A stretch of DNA of 63,654 nucleotides, the filler included, from Octopus bimaculoides (lineage: Eukaryota): the NCBI RefSeq assembly GCF_001194135.2. It is 6 parts of 4 records of this genome, joined end to end, with 100 filler letters (N's around TTAATTAATTAA, not from the genome) between each part and the next. Parts side by side here need not be neighbours in the genome. Positions count along the whole stretch, not along the records: positions 1 to 29,541 come from NC_068988.1; 5 more parts are not named here. One strand, 5' to 3'. The notes beneath the pieces were generated by a model. That model made no database searches. It saw only the letters and a list, made by a program, of their open reading frames with translations, and was not told where the DNA came from. Below, piece after piece: positions 12,340 to 25,329 of this stretch (the first letter of the stretch is position 1; each line of letters starts with the position of its first letter). Both the position numbers and the translations under genes were made by a program.

Positions 12340-12558
12340 AAGGCGGCGAGGTGGCAGAGTCGTTAATGCACCGGGCAAAACACTTCCCGGCATTTCGTCC
12401 GACTTTATGTCTTGAGTTCAAATTCTGCGGAAGTCGACTTTGCTTTTCATCCTTTTGAGGTCGATAAAATAAGTACCAGTTATGCATTGGGGTGGATGAA
12501 ATCGACTTACTCGTTCTGCAGAAATTGCTGACCTTGTGTCAAAGTTAGAAACCAATAT
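12340..12558 (+). mobile_element. SINE family A
   Basis: ggcggcgaggtggcagagtcg...gagttcaaattc...gtcgataaaataagtaccag. Confidence 0.85.
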
Positions 12559-12574
12559 TTATATCTACACTTAA

Positions 12575-12790
12575 GACTGCGAGCTGGTTGAGTCCTTAGT
12601 ACGCCGGACAAAATTGCTTAGTGGCATTTCGTCCGGTTCTAAGTTCCGAGTTCAAATGTCGCCGAGGTCGTTTTTGCCTTTCATCCATTTCGGGGTTGAT
12701 AAAATAAGTACAAGGTATGCTCTGGGGTCGACTTACCCCACTCTTCCCCCCAAATTACTGGCTTTGTGCCAAAATCAGAAACCAGGATTT
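12575..12790 (+). mobile_element. SINE family A (tandem with the previous copy)
   Basis: gcgagctggttgagtcc...gagttcaaatg.cgccgaggtcg. Confidence 0.8.
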
Positions 12791-12960
12791 ACATTTCGAT
12801 CGGTTTCGATTTCGATCGTCGTCACGTGTCTTATTATTTATAGAATTGATTTTTTAGAATATTTCGATTCGGTATTTTTGCTTTTTCTGAATTATTACTG
12901 TGATCTCTGCGACAAGAAAATATATCTGTGCAGTGTTGAGCTAGCCATTCAGACGACTGT

Positions 12961-12993
<33 letters not shown>

Positions 12994-13156
12994 CCATTAC
13001 TCTTTCTTTTCCTCCTCCTCCTCCTCCTCCTCCTCCCAGGTGTCGGCGATCATGGACCTCTGCCCTTTCCTGTCCCCCACAAAAATTATTGGGTGAATCT
13101 TTCTGTAGCCGACTGCTAAAACCATCAATTATCTTCTCTGCCTCTCTCTTTCTCTT

Positions 13157-13197
<41 letters not shown>

Positions 13198-13289
13198 ATC
13201 TATCTATCTATCTATCTCTTTGCCTCTCTTTCTCTCCGCCCCTCTGTATCTCCCCCCTTTCTCTCTCGTCCCCTATTCTCTCTCTTCCC

Positions 13290-13530
13290 TAGCATTTACT
13301 CTCTTTCAGTTTTCCACTTGCCGCCAAATGCTCAACATGTTATCTCCTATGCTTTCCAGTGAATTTAGCCATTTGCCTCCGTCTTCATATCTTGTTCAGC
13401 AGATTTCTGCTGGTTTCTGCTCGTCTAAGAACTTTACCGTTCATCTCTCTATCTACGTCACGTATCAAAAGCGACATCTCAAAGAACACCATCCTTCCAC
13501 ATAGTCAAGCTCACTTCATTTTTGCTTTCT
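13290..13530 (+). mobile_element. Possible CR1-like LINE 3' remnant
   Basis: Broken frames give CSSELA-like (SEFSHLPP/NLAICL) and PFTVHLSTSRI-like text resembling CR1 RT C-termini. Confidence 0.35.
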
Positions 13531-13629
13531 TTATCAATAATTAAACGTGGAGGGAAGGGACCAGGTTTATGGTCTCCGAAGCTTCTTCGAGACAACTGGG
13601 ATCGCTCGCTTTTTGGTGTTGCACTTGTT

Positions 13630-13900
13630 ACAGCTATAAGTTGTTGGTTAAAGGGGAGAAATCCTGGACAGAAAGGGAATTCAAGCGGATTGACGTTCTA
13701 GAAAGAAAGAACTGTGTATATTGGTCATTGCGGTGCCTGGGTTGAGGTATTGTTGGTGGGGGTTTGATATAAGAGACGGATGGAAGAGATGTGAATAGAT
13801 CGGCGGTGTATGAGTAGAGGCGGTTGATTATTAAGCAGATGTGAGGAACAAAGATCATTGTATGAGGAATAGACAAAGCAAAGTGAGATAGACAACATGT
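13630..13900 (-). mobile_element. Possible CR1-like LINE 3' remnant
   Basis: ORF 13634-13876 PRHRNDQYTQFFLSRTSIRLNSL resembles the conserved SF(F/L)PRT..LWNSLP terminus of CR1-type elements. Confidence 0.45.
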
Positions 13901-13984
13901 CTGAGGGTCAGGAATTGAAGTGGATTGGTGAGCGAATTCATGACAATTATTTGAGAAGTTTATTTTATTTATGTATTTTGACGC

Positions 13985-14150
13985 AGTCTAGGGTTGCGTG
14001 ACCAAGCGGTTAGGTTCTTGCACTCACGATCACAGTTTCAATTCCTGGAGCTAGCAGTGAGTTGTGTTCTTGAGCAAAACACTTCATTTCATGTTGTTCC
14101 AATCTGCAAATAAGTAACCCTGCGTTGCACTGCGTCTCGTTCAGGGGTAA
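13985..14150 (+). mobile_element. tRNA-derived SINE, family D
   Basis: gcgtgaccaagcggttagg...tttcaattcc...ttcttgagcaaaacacttcatttc...taaccctgcg, homologous to 8150-8410. Confidence 0.65.
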
Positions 14151-14180
14151 TGTTGAGATCGGCCCTATGTGTCCAATGAG

Positions 14181-14408
14181 TCATGACAGTAATCTTTTCT
14201 GCTCTAGGCACAAGGCCCGAAATTTGGGGGGAGGTGGCCAGTCGATTAGATCGACCCCAGTACGCAACTGGTACTTAATTTATCGACCCCGAAAGGATGA
14301 AAGGCAAAGTCAACTTCGGCGGAATTTGAACTCAGAACGTAAAGACAGACGAAATACCGCTGAGCATTTCGCCCGGCGTGCTAGCGTTTCTGTCCGCTCA
14401 CCACCTTG
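14181..14408 (-). mobile_element. SINE family A, near-consensus (young) copy
   Basis: Full head-to-tail copy with few differences from the majority sequence of the other copies. Confidence 0.9.
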
Positions 14409-15847
14409 AGTCATGTCAATAACGTCTAAGGTTTGATAACAAATCTAGGATGTCTGCATGTAGCTGCAGTAGTATCGCACCAGATATGGAAGCAGGGGTC
14501 CATTTGCGTCTTTTTTTGTGTACTTAAAGGTTGAATTCGAGATTTCTCGCGCATGAGTTTGTGACTAGAATATTTCTTATTGTATTCTGTAGACAATTGT
14601 TAGATTGGACTATAAGAATCTGTTTATTACCATTTTTATTCATTTAGTCTACATGTCAGTTAAATCAAGATAGCGACAGTAACTGGCATGATCGATCCCC
14701 ATAGTAACAAAATTAGCACACAAGACTATTTACATATCCATGAACATAGAGTTTTCTCTGTGCTCGCACGACCTTTCGGTGTGACGAGTAAAAATATGTT
14801 TACAAGCTTCTTCGTATCTTTAACATTGGGACCAAATACGGAGTGTAATTTATCTGCCTAGGGTTATGTGATGCTGAGGATTTCAAAAGAGAATAAAATG
14901 GTGCTATACACGGTGATGTATGACTAGAAAATTTAAGATCTTCGTTATGAGTAAAGAAAAAGTATTAAATGTGTTGTTCTGTGCCTCTTTTTTCATTGCT
15001 CATCGATTTAAAATTTAAACTTCTAACCTCGCCACGATCAGTCTATAAAGTCCGGAAATGATTATTGCCTTCACAATAAGTGACGCCAAGGCAGACCAGC
15101 ATATCACGTGCTCAAATTAAAATAATATGCTTTCCAATAGAAAAGTGAATCTTACTAAATGCTGAGCAGACTGGGTGATGATATTTCTATCAATCAGCCC
15201 ATCCATTTTTGCTGCTCACAATTCCCGGGTGATTCCTGGGGTTAGATACTTCCAGAGGGAAGTAGCTGAAGACTCTTATTAGAAGCAACCGTCTTTATTC
15301 TTTCTTTTTTGGATATTTAGGTTTTCAAATTCCGTTTGCCACTGTAACGAAATTTCCTCCACATTGTTGCCCTGATTTCACAACTTGCAAAAGTCTATCG
15401 TTTGTTAAAGCATGGAATTCATCAGGTTAGCTCGCACACAGTCAATCAAAGTATGATGTCTGTGACATATTCAGACAAACGTGACAGCTCGGCGACCGTT
15501 TCTTAATTGTAGGGTTTCAACTTGCGATTTGTCAGGTCTCCTAAGTGAGTTAACTAATTAGCTGTCATACATCACTTTATGTGTTGTTTCTAGTGTACTA
15601 ATTAGAAGGCGTAATGTGGTTGATATGATATCTGTGCTTATACGAACCATAAAAGAAAATGATTTAAGGGACATGGAAGAAAATTAAAGATCATGAGAGA
15701 GAGAGAGGGGGGGAGAAGGAAAGAGAAAGAGAGAGAGGGGGAGGGAGAGAGAGGGAGACGGAAAGAGAGAGAGTGGGGGAGGGAGAGAGAGGGAGAAGGA
15801 AAGAGAGAGAGAGAGAGAGAGAGGAAGAGAGAGAGGGAGAAGGAAAG

Positions 15848-15944
<97 letters not shown>

Positions 15945-17937
15945 AATAGTAATTTTGACTGACAGATATTGGTAAATACTGAAGCAGAAACTCAGATAAC
16001 GAGAAATAGACGGAAAACTAGAACATTTTTTGGTAGTCACTTTTTAAAAAATTAATTTACGGTCACCGAATGTGGGTATAATTCATATACTTCCTGCAAA
16101 TGTTTTAACTTTCAAAGTCAAAAATACAAAATAAACAAACTCGTTTTTGTCAAATCTTAATCAATTATACACATGGAAGGAATCTGGTGTTTTTTTTTTC
16201 TTTCATTTAAATGAAAAATAGAGGAAACATGGCAGAGGTTTTTGGGTCTTGAAGTTTTGTTCTTTAAACGAAAATAAAATAGGGGAAGGTTATAAAATGT
16301 TTTGGAGTTATACCTTGTCTCTAAACTTTTGTTTGTTGAATCTAAGGTGTAATGCTTCAAAATGACCCCGTTTCAACAGAGCCAGATGTCTTCAGTCTAG
16401 AAAAGAGTTTAATATGTTTATCCGTGTTGACAATACCCAACAAGGAACCAGAACAATCCTTAAAGCCGTTAGCAAGAGATGGGCGTGGCCGGAAGAGCTC
16501 TCGTCTTTCATGGAGGGTGGAGTAAGAACGGTTCATAAAGTATCACATTTGAGGAAAAAAAAAAGAAGAAAGAAAGAAAGAAAAAGAAGGAAAGAAAGAG
16601 AAAGTAAATGGGTTTGGTATTACAAAGTATGTAGTATTTGATATTAAATCAAAAGACTGAAGATAATACCATGTCTGAGTTTCTTTGTAGGAAACATTTA
16701 CTGAATGTATATAAATATTTCTTTTTGTTGTTGTTGTTGTAGTGAAATTCGGTGCAACGTCTACAAAATGATGCCTAATTGATCCCAAATACTAATTGGT
16801 ATTAAGGTCAAAACATAGCGTTTGTGTTCTTTTGAATGTTCTGTTTTGTAGTTAAGAGTTTCCTTGATGGATATCTATTCTATGAAAATGTTTAATTTTA
16901 ACAACTTCACAACAGTTAAATGATACAGAATCTCTAGTTTACAGAATCCAGTTCAACATCACAGGCTTTGTAAAGACTATGTATTTTTATTTCAGAGTAA
17001 CATCTCTGGCATTAAGCAAAATTTAGAAATTGTGTTTACACCAAACGTTTCCAGCACTTTTGTTGCCCAGCGCCTTCTTTCTCTGGGCAATGTTTTTCAG
17101 TCTCTAAACTTCCTGCTTTTTGCAAACTACCACGTCACCAAAATCCGGCATACCATTATAATCTAACAGAAGATAATCTTGACCAGTAGTTTATCATTTC
17201 ATCCAATATGTATTTATTACATATTTGCATGGACTGGTGCCACTCAATGTTAAAATTTTATTGAAATTACCAAAGAAGGCGAGGAATTAAAAATGAAATT
17301 ATGTCACGGACTTCATTAGGTTACAGCTGTTTCTCCGATGAGATACAATGCACTCATAGTCGAATGCTTAAAAATGTAATACAATTTTATTTGGGATTTA
17401 TATGTACGCATATATCTATATAAATATGTATATTGTATAAAGGATCGTGGGTAAGGCCAAAACAATGCTTCATAGTAACTATTCCATTATAAGTATGTAT
17501 ATATATTTCGTTTTTGGATTTGGTTTGCAAGATTTTTTATGTGAGTTCGTGTGTTGGAGCATATTCTGTTGTGTCTGGGGAGAGTCATTTTCTTTTGGTG
17601 CCTTATAATTTAACAAACTCACTGGTAAAATTTCCACTTATTTCTTTTTTATTTTTCTAAAATTTTCATTGTATCTTGCAACCTTTTCAATNNNNNNNNN
17701 NNNNNNNNNNNNNNNNNNNNNNNNNNNNNNNNNNNNNNNNNNNNNNNNNNNNNNNNNNNNNNNNNNNNNNNNNNNNNNNNNNNNNNNNNNNNNNNNNNNN
17801 NNNNNNNNNNNNNNNNNNNNNNNNNNNNNNNNNNNNNNNNNNNNNNNNNNNNNNNNNNNNNNNNNNNNNNNNNNNNNNNNNNNNNNNNNNNNNNNNNNNN
17901 NNNNNNNNNNNNNNNNNNNNNNNNNNNNNNNNNNNNN

Positions 17938-17974
<37 letters not shown>

Positions 17975-18018
17975 ATATATATATATATGTATATATATAT
18001 ACATATATATATACACAC

Positions 18019-18071
<53 letters not shown>

Positions 18072-18821
18072 CTATTCGCTGATAACACAATGCCTTTTTC
18101 CAATTCTAATCCCGAGAAAGAACGTTTTTTGAAACGTTTTTTAAACTCTAGTTATTGTACCCGGTCTAAATATTTAATTTTTAAAGAAAAATGCCATCCA
18201 CTCTAAACACCCAGAGTCACCCCTAACGCCGCCCCCGTGACATATTACGACCCCTAGTGAGCTCACAAGGCTCTTCCCAAGAGCATGTTACAGCCCAAAT
18301 TAAAAACTGCTGGTTTGAACTCTCAAAATTATAAATAAATCACAGGGATAAAACCTAATAACATTTGTGCCTTAACTAGATGCGATTTCGTCTGGATTTT
18401 CACTAATTACTTTTATGTCTTCTTATTTATGTCCCCTCTCACTAAGTACACACGCATGCGCACACGTACACACAGACACAAATGGCAATAACGTTATCTG
18501 AAACTTGCAGTACATATAAAACGTACAAGCATATTTTACCCGACTTCGACCTAGCATTAAATATCTCTTCATCAGTGACAAAATCTTGGGCTTTGAATAA
18601 CTTCTGGTTCCAAGACCTACATTTGTAAATGATTATTTTTTAATTTTAATTTAATTCACAGCATGAAGCTACAAACTAGTTTAGTTTTACAAATTAATAA
18701 ATTCACGTAGACTCTACAAACAAACATCCAAACTATTTAAAACTGACGTGGTTTTAAAATGGTGCTTTCTCGAAGAATTCCGCCAGAATTCAAGTGAAGT
18801 TCTAAAACTATTTTGGGATTT

Positions 18822-18990
18822 GGCGCAGGCATGGCTGCTTTGTGTTAAGCAGCTTCCTTCCCAGCCACATGGTTCCGGGTTCAGTCCCACTGCGTGGCAC
18901 ATTCGGCAATAGCCTTCTGCTATATCCTCGGGCCGACCAAAGCATTGTAAGTGGATTTGATAGACATTGAAAGAAGCTCGTTGTATATAT
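18822..18990 (+). mobile_element. SINE family B, 5' half
   Basis: ggcgcaggcatggc...ccacatggttccgggttcagtcccactgcgtggcac. Confidence 0.85.
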
Positions 18991-19597
18991 CAGTATATCA
19001 ATATATATATGTGTGTGTGTGTGTATGTATGTGCGCAAGCCATGAAAGTATAACAGTGGAGGGAATATGTCTATTCTAAACAAGTGAAGTCATTATTTTG
19101 TTTTTTTTTCTACGACCAGTTTGTTTTGTGTGTGAAGGAGATATCTTCGTAAAATCATAAGCGAATACCAGAATCTGATTCCACATGTAATGTCATAGCA
19201 AATAATTGGATGAAAGTTTTCTGATTACATTGTACTGTGATGTGATTGAAAAAAAAAAGAATGACTAATAATTGAACGGTGGCCATGCTGGGGCACAGCT
19301 TGAAAGACGGAAACATGCTTTGAGTTGTAATAATACTTGACAGAGATCGAACTCACTTCCCACTATATACCTTCATCATTCAGTTTTTAATCAATATTAA
19401 CTAACTTTAATTTCAGAGTTATCTCCCTTCCCTTTCTTCATCAAAATCAGTCAATTAAACCAACGATAATGTTCCCTACTCCTCATTAAGAGTATATCTG
19501 TAATTACTTGAATTGCTTTGGTTCATTACATTAAGTATATTAATATTCACTTAATTAAATTATAGCGAGAACTGCACCGTTCATAACATTTTCATTT

Positions 19598-19628
<31 letters not shown>

Positions 19629-19698
19629 TACATACACGTGTGTATGTATTATGTATATATGTATGTGTATATATTTATATATATACATATACATGTGA

Positions 19699-19742
<44 letters not shown>

Positions 19743-20264
19743 NNNNNNNNNNNNNNNNNNNNNNNNNNNNNNNNNTGTGTGTGTGTGTGTGTGTGTGTGT
19801 GTATGCGTGTATGTGTGGGTGTATGTGCATATGTGTGTGCGTGTGTGTGTGTGCGTGCGTGTGTGTGCGTGTGGATATTAGATAGAAACATGCACTCAAA
19901 AACAACAATCAAAATAGCTTGTTTGACGTGTAGGAAAATTTGGAGACACTTTATTGGACGAAACCTTTCAAATCTGGAACATCAGCCGTCAATGGAACTG
20001 AAGTGACGTCTTTTTACATGAATGACTTCCCTTTCCCGCTAAAAAAGCATTAATACCATCCCCACTGATTAAGTTACTGTCTCGAAGACTTCTCGCATAT
20101 CATAGGGTACTTCAGTAGGTTTTAGCCTTTTTGCAATCAATCCACATGAGACCACCCTTGCATCTGTGATAAAAACTTCCTGTTTTAAAATGGTCTAAAT
20201 TAAAACGTCCCGATAAAATTTCACGCTAATTTGTATTCCAACCACAAGGTTAATAATAGTTTCA

Positions 20265-20472
20265 AATTTTGACACAAGGGCAATGACTTTGGGAGAGGGG
20301 AAGAGTCGATTATATCGACCCCAGTGTTCCACTTGTACTTATTTTATCGATCTTGTAAGGATTAAAGGTAAAGTCGACCTCAGCAGAATTTGAACTCAGA
20401 ACATAGCAACGGGCGAAATATCGGTAAGCATTTCGTCCCGCGTGCTAACGATTCTGCCAACTCGCCACCTTA
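20265..20472 (-). mobile_element. SINE family A
   Basis: Same diagnostic blocks as the other family A copies. Confidence 0.85.
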
Positions 20473-20687
20473 ACCACGAGCTTAATAATGACAGTTATTT
20501 AACTAAATTCTTTATTTGCTTCGAAATAAATAAAACGAAGGAATAGTTAACAAAAGGGATACCGTTTTTGGTACCAACTTGTCCCAGATGCCCCTGGGTC
20601 GATTATATTCTATTCAAAAGTAGTACAAATTGAAATGATCCATTGAAATTTCTTTAGCTTACGTCCCAAACACCGGCTTAATAATGA

Positions 20688-21065
20688 GAAAGTTCTGTGG
20701 TAAGGAGCTTGCTTTCCAGCCACATGATTCCGGGTTCAGTCCCACTGCGTGGTACTTTGAGCAAGTGTCTTCTACTATAGCCTCGGACTCATCAAAGCCT
20801 TGTGAATGGATATGGTAGACTGGAACTGAAAGAAGCCCGTCGTATATATATGTATATATATCTATGTATGTGTCTGTGTGTCCCCCATCACCACTTGACA
20901 ACCGGTGTTGGTGTGTTTACGTCCTCGTAACTTAACGGTTCGGCAAAAGTGGCCGATAGAATAAATACCAGACCTAAAATATAAGTAATGGGATCGATTC
21001 ATTCGACTAAAAATTCAAGGCGGTGCCCCAGCATGGTCGCAGTCTAATGACTGGAACAAGTAAAA
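20688..21065 (+). mobile_element. SINE family B, near full length
   Basis: Head, central microsatellite and 3' body ending aatgactggaacaagtaaaa. Confidence 0.85.
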
Positions 21066-21175
21066 TATATTTTTCAAAATTAATTGAAACAAAGGCAACG
21101 CATTTCAGTAAAAATAAGTTACCAAAAGTGTTAAAGTGATCTAAATTGTTTATGAGTAAAAGAAATAGACATTAC

Positions 21176-21229
21176 CTTTCTACCATCGAGTCCGGATAAT
21201 CCGATAGGGCCTGCTGGTCCTTGCTGTCC
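21176..21229 (-). CDS. Collagen exon, 54 bp, GQQGPAGPIGLSGLDGRK
   Basis: ttattttctag|GGA...AAG|gtaatg; six Gly-X-Y triplets, phase 0-0. Confidence 0.95.
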
Positions 21230-21402
21230 CTAGAAAATAAAAAATTATAAAGATAACAACACATAATCCAGTTTAGCATCGTCTTAATAGCATGAAAGCG
21301 ACATTAGCAAGTTCATCTCTCCCCACTCTCTCTCTCTCCATACACACAGACACACACACATATATTCATACAGCTATAATATGAATTATAGTATAACGTA
21401 AT

Positions 21403-21434
<32 letters not shown>

Positions 21435-22589
21435 GAAGGACCCCACCTCTTCGGTCATGAATGACCATGGCATTGCACCTAGAAAGTTACCCTCCCAGGC
21501 ACAAACCCGGACTAGATTGTTTTATGGAAGACCAGCACAGTCGCCCATGTATGTATGTATGACTGTGTGTTTCCACTTTATAATCCAGTTATAATGCCTT
21601 CTCTCAGAAAATAACAAATGCAATTCTTTTCTTCTTAGCAATTTGAACTGCAGTTACATCTTAGGTTTTCTTCCGTGTTTGGAAGGTTTTCTTCCATTTC
21701 TATCTCTCCCTCTCTGCACCTCTCTCTCTCTTTCTCTCACTTTTACGACGTAAATGGGATATGAACGACAATGACTTCATTATATATCTTCCCTTTACTT
21801 CTTTTATTCTTCACTAACGTTAATATTTTAATATTCCTGACGACGTATTACTGATGAGATTCAACTAGATGAAAACAGCAGCTATATACGAATGTTATGA
21901 ACTCTGATTAAAGGAAAAATTAAAAGCAAATTTCATCAAATAAATGTAAAGAGGTAATATATTTTATAAATAAATAAAGATAATATAGTTTATTACAAGC
22001 GAAAAAATATGAACAATTTCCCCTCTTGTACTCAATTGAGAATATAGGAGTTATCTCCAGTTTGCAGACTACAGTAATTCATTGACTGATAATCTGGGTG
22101 AACCCTACCTCTTTTTAGATCAACATTTAACGTTTCCGAATAAAACAAACACGGAAGACAGTAAGAGTGTGAGGTTCAAATCCCGGGTCCGTTTCCCCAT
22201 ATCTGTCCACACTTTGGTTGGCATAACTATGCATAAAAAATGAAACTATTTAAACAGAATTGCTTTGCACCAAGGATTCACTGAGCAATAACAGATGCCA
22301 TTATCCGAGATGTTATGTTTTAACTGATCGGTTGTGCTTTTATTTTTAAATTTAGGTGGTGGATGTAATTGCTGATATAACTCTAAAAAAAATTCTGCAT
22401 TGGACTGAACGTGACTTTATAATTCAAATTAATTACATTCGTTTTATTTTATTTTATCCAGAGAGAGATCGTGTATATATATGTGTGGGTGTTTAAATGC
22501 TTGCTTATGTGGATGAGTGACAGCAATGTACTCTACACGGCTGGACGGGGATTTGGGCTCTTTTGTACCATGCATCACATTTTGTATGT

Positions 22590-22750
22590 CGACACAGATT
22601 AACAGTCGATTAAATCAACTCAGTATTTGACTGGTATACTTTATCGACTTTCAAAGGCGAAGTTGACCTCAGCGGAATCTGAGCTCAGAACATAAAGAGC
22701 CGAAATAAATACCAAAAAATATTTTATCCGAAATTCTAATAATTCGATCT
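22590..22750 (-). mobile_element. SINE family A, partial
   Basis: tttatcgact...gacctcagcggaatctgagctcagaac blocks. Confidence 0.7.
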
Positions 22751-22980
22751 ATCCAATGGCCTTCATTTTGGATTAGTTGTTTCAGATTTCGTACAACATA
22801 TGGAACCCATGGTTTTCTGTGTACTGGAGGTGACAAGGACTTTTAGCCCACGCTGAGTTGCAGGTGAAAAGGAAAGAAGGTGTACAGGATACTCGTTTGT
22901 TGTTTTCCAAAAATATAAATTACTGATATCAGGTCACTCTCACACATAACCTCACATCCAACGGATGCTGAAAAACTTAC

Positions 22981-23034
22981 AATTTGTCCTTGTGGTCCTC
23001 TGATTCCAGGAATACCAGGGTCTCCTTTAGAACC
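22981..23034 (-). CDS. Collagen exon, 54 bp, GSKGDPGIPGIRGPQGQI
   Basis: tatattttag|GGT...ATT|gtaagt; six Gly-X-Y triplets, phase 0-0. Confidence 0.95.
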
Positions 23035-23263
23035 CTAAAATATAATAAAAATTATTAAGAATGGTATTTTTGAAATGTGTTTAAATACATTTCTTCATCA
23101 TTTATTATGATTTTTATGAAGATATGTATGAATCACATCATAAAATACTNNNNNNNNNNNNNNNNNNNNNNNNNNNNNNNNNNNNNNNNNNNNNNNNNNN
23201 NNNNNNNNNNNNNNNNNNNNNNNNNNNNNNNNNNNNNNNNNNNNNNNNNNNNNNNNTATATAT

Positions 23264-23520
23264 AGTATTCATCACCACTTCAACGTTGGTGCTGTCTAAG
23301 AGATGACGATATTGCTGTTTTAACCGCAGGAAGACATCTCCTCCAAGTGGTTTATTCAGTGCGCTTTCGCACTCGATATCTATTGCAAGCGGGAGAGAAC
23401 CCCTGCCACCCTAACTCCGAGACCACCAGACCACGTGATTTCGAATCTTATTGGATCTCTTCAGCGGTGGGCACTCATTTTCCGGGCATAGCAGTAGTCT
23501 AACCTAGCTTGCAATATATA
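23264..23520 (-). mobile_element. Hammerhead-bearing non-autonomous element (homologous to 60973-61283)
   Basis: Colinear similarity with 60964-61215. A 10-bp inverted repeat TATTGCAAGC (23381-23390 / 23507-23516) encloses the ribozyme. Hairpin AGTGCG-AAAG-CGCACT and AATAAA lie downstream on the minus strand. Confidence 0.7.
23423..23470 (-). ncRNA. Type I hammerhead ribozyme, core intact
   Basis: CCACCG-CTGAAGA-GATC(CAATAA)GAT[T]C-GAAA-TC(ACGT)GG-TC-TGGTGG: stem I 6 bp, stem II 4 bp with one bulge, short stem III with palindromic loop, GUC cleavage triplet. Confidence 0.75.
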
Positions 23521-23934
23521 GAAAATAGGAAACTAGTCCGTTAGAAAATGTCTGCACGAGATAGAAGCAGTGTATTTTTGTATGTATCTTTCAAATGAAT
23601 TTCGGTAAAAATGTCGGGGACGATTGTTTTCAACATAGCAACCAATGTATTTTGCCGACAATTGACGAAAGTTAGAAATATTTTAGGGGACACTAAAATG
23701 GCTCAATTCTATTTTAGAAAAGGAATAGTACATCCGGAGTTCAATGATTTATTTTATTTAGCCGAAAGTGGGTAACCTTTCCTGAATGGGGTAGGTAGCA
23801 CCTCGCTTACTTTCAGATACAGAACAAATCAATTGCAGTGAATGATAGCAAAAAAAGAATCTTCTTACATTTAACACGACCATTGGTGTGGAACTAAGGA
23901 AGCTAGGCAAGTGATAAACGCGTCTTCATATGGG

Positions 23935-24133
23935 TTTTAAATGTTGGCACAAGGCTAGCAGTTGCCAGTCAAACACTGGTGTCAGTGTTTTACTGGTACT
24001 TAATTTTATCGACCCCTAAAGGATGAACGGCAAAGTCGACCTCGGCGGAATTTGAACTCAGAATGTAAAGACGGGTGAAATACCGCTAAGCACTTTAACC
24101 CGTGTGCTAACAACTCTGTCAGCTCGCCGCCTT
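23935..24133 (-). mobile_element. SINE family A
   Basis: Same diagnostic blocks as the other family A copies. Confidence 0.85.
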
Positions 24134-24709
24134 CGTCTTCCTTCTGTTGTTAAGAACTGCCTTAGAATGTGTCTTTACATAGCCAATTGTTTTATACTTC
24201 TTTTTTATTTTTTCTCAGTTACCACCAAAGCTTGAATCTGTGCACCTTGTGTCTTTGCTTTGTAAACCTTTATGCAGAACGGTGAATCTGAGGCCTTTTG
24301 CCGCACTCTGTATAAGCAGCTGATTATAGTCTGTGTGCACTGGGACACGGATAATCAACAAGAACAGGGATCTGAATACAACCATAAACATTAATACAAT
24401 TGTATGCATACACACGTGAGCACCCACCGTGCTCCTTCCTATGCGCACGCAAATGTAAAGTTATATTCATGCAGATGTGTGCGCGCACTGGTATACAAAA
24501 TATACACAAAGATGCAAGTGGCATATATGTATACCACAGTCCAGTCTCCCTTTCGGTAACATACACACGCACCTCCCCTGCCCCCACACAGTGAGCATTA
24601 AAGCGAAACATGGGAAAAGGCAATACACATAGGACACCTCTTAAATCGCTTATCAGCCCTGGAGACTAGGATCAGCGTAGTTTTGGTGCGTTTAAAATTT
24701 GATTACGCA

Positions 24710-24742
<33 letters not shown>

Positions 24743-24747
24743 TATAT

Positions 24748-24799
<52 letters not shown>

Positions 24800-24957
24800 A
24801 TATATATATTATATGACACATATATATGCAATGATAAATGTACGTGTTTTATCGAAGCAATGAACTTTCTCTAATAAAACTCGAGCTCTTTGCAAGGAAG
24901 GTTACGGTTATTCATAATGACTACATTGCAAATTGAGAGATTATAAATGATACATAC

Positions 24958-25002
24958 GTCTTTACCGTCATTTCCTGGCTGGCCGGTTGGTCCCATAAAT
25001 CC
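24958..25002 (-). CDS. Collagen exon, 45 bp, GFMGPTGQPGNDGKD
   Basis: cttttataaag|GGA...GAC|gtatgt; five Gly-X-Y triplets, phase 0-0. Confidence 0.93.
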
Positions 25003-25228
25003 CTTTATAAAAGACGACCAATTTGTAAATGTTAGATTTAATGGCTATGAAATATGAAATGCAATTTTTGTATATACGATATATATATAGGTGGATAGGT
25101 AGAGCGAAAGATAGATGGACATACAAACTGACAGACAGACAGATAGATAGATAAATAGAGAGAAAGATGGACAGACAGATGGATAGACAGACAGACAGGC
25201 AGATAGAGAGAGAGAGAGAGAGAGACAG

Positions 25229-25329
<101 letters not shown>

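Noticed and set aside
16364-16395. CTGAAGA...GAAAC-GGG-GTC hammerhead-like motif (minus strand)
   Set aside because: Stem II does not close next to GAAA and there is no stem I pairing.
17322-21885. Other partial hammerhead-like strings at 17322-17360 (GAAACAGCTGTA), 18541-18575 and 21838-21885
   Set aside because: Each lacks either the CUGANGA or GAAA half or the flanking stems. They may be old remnants but cannot be supported individually.
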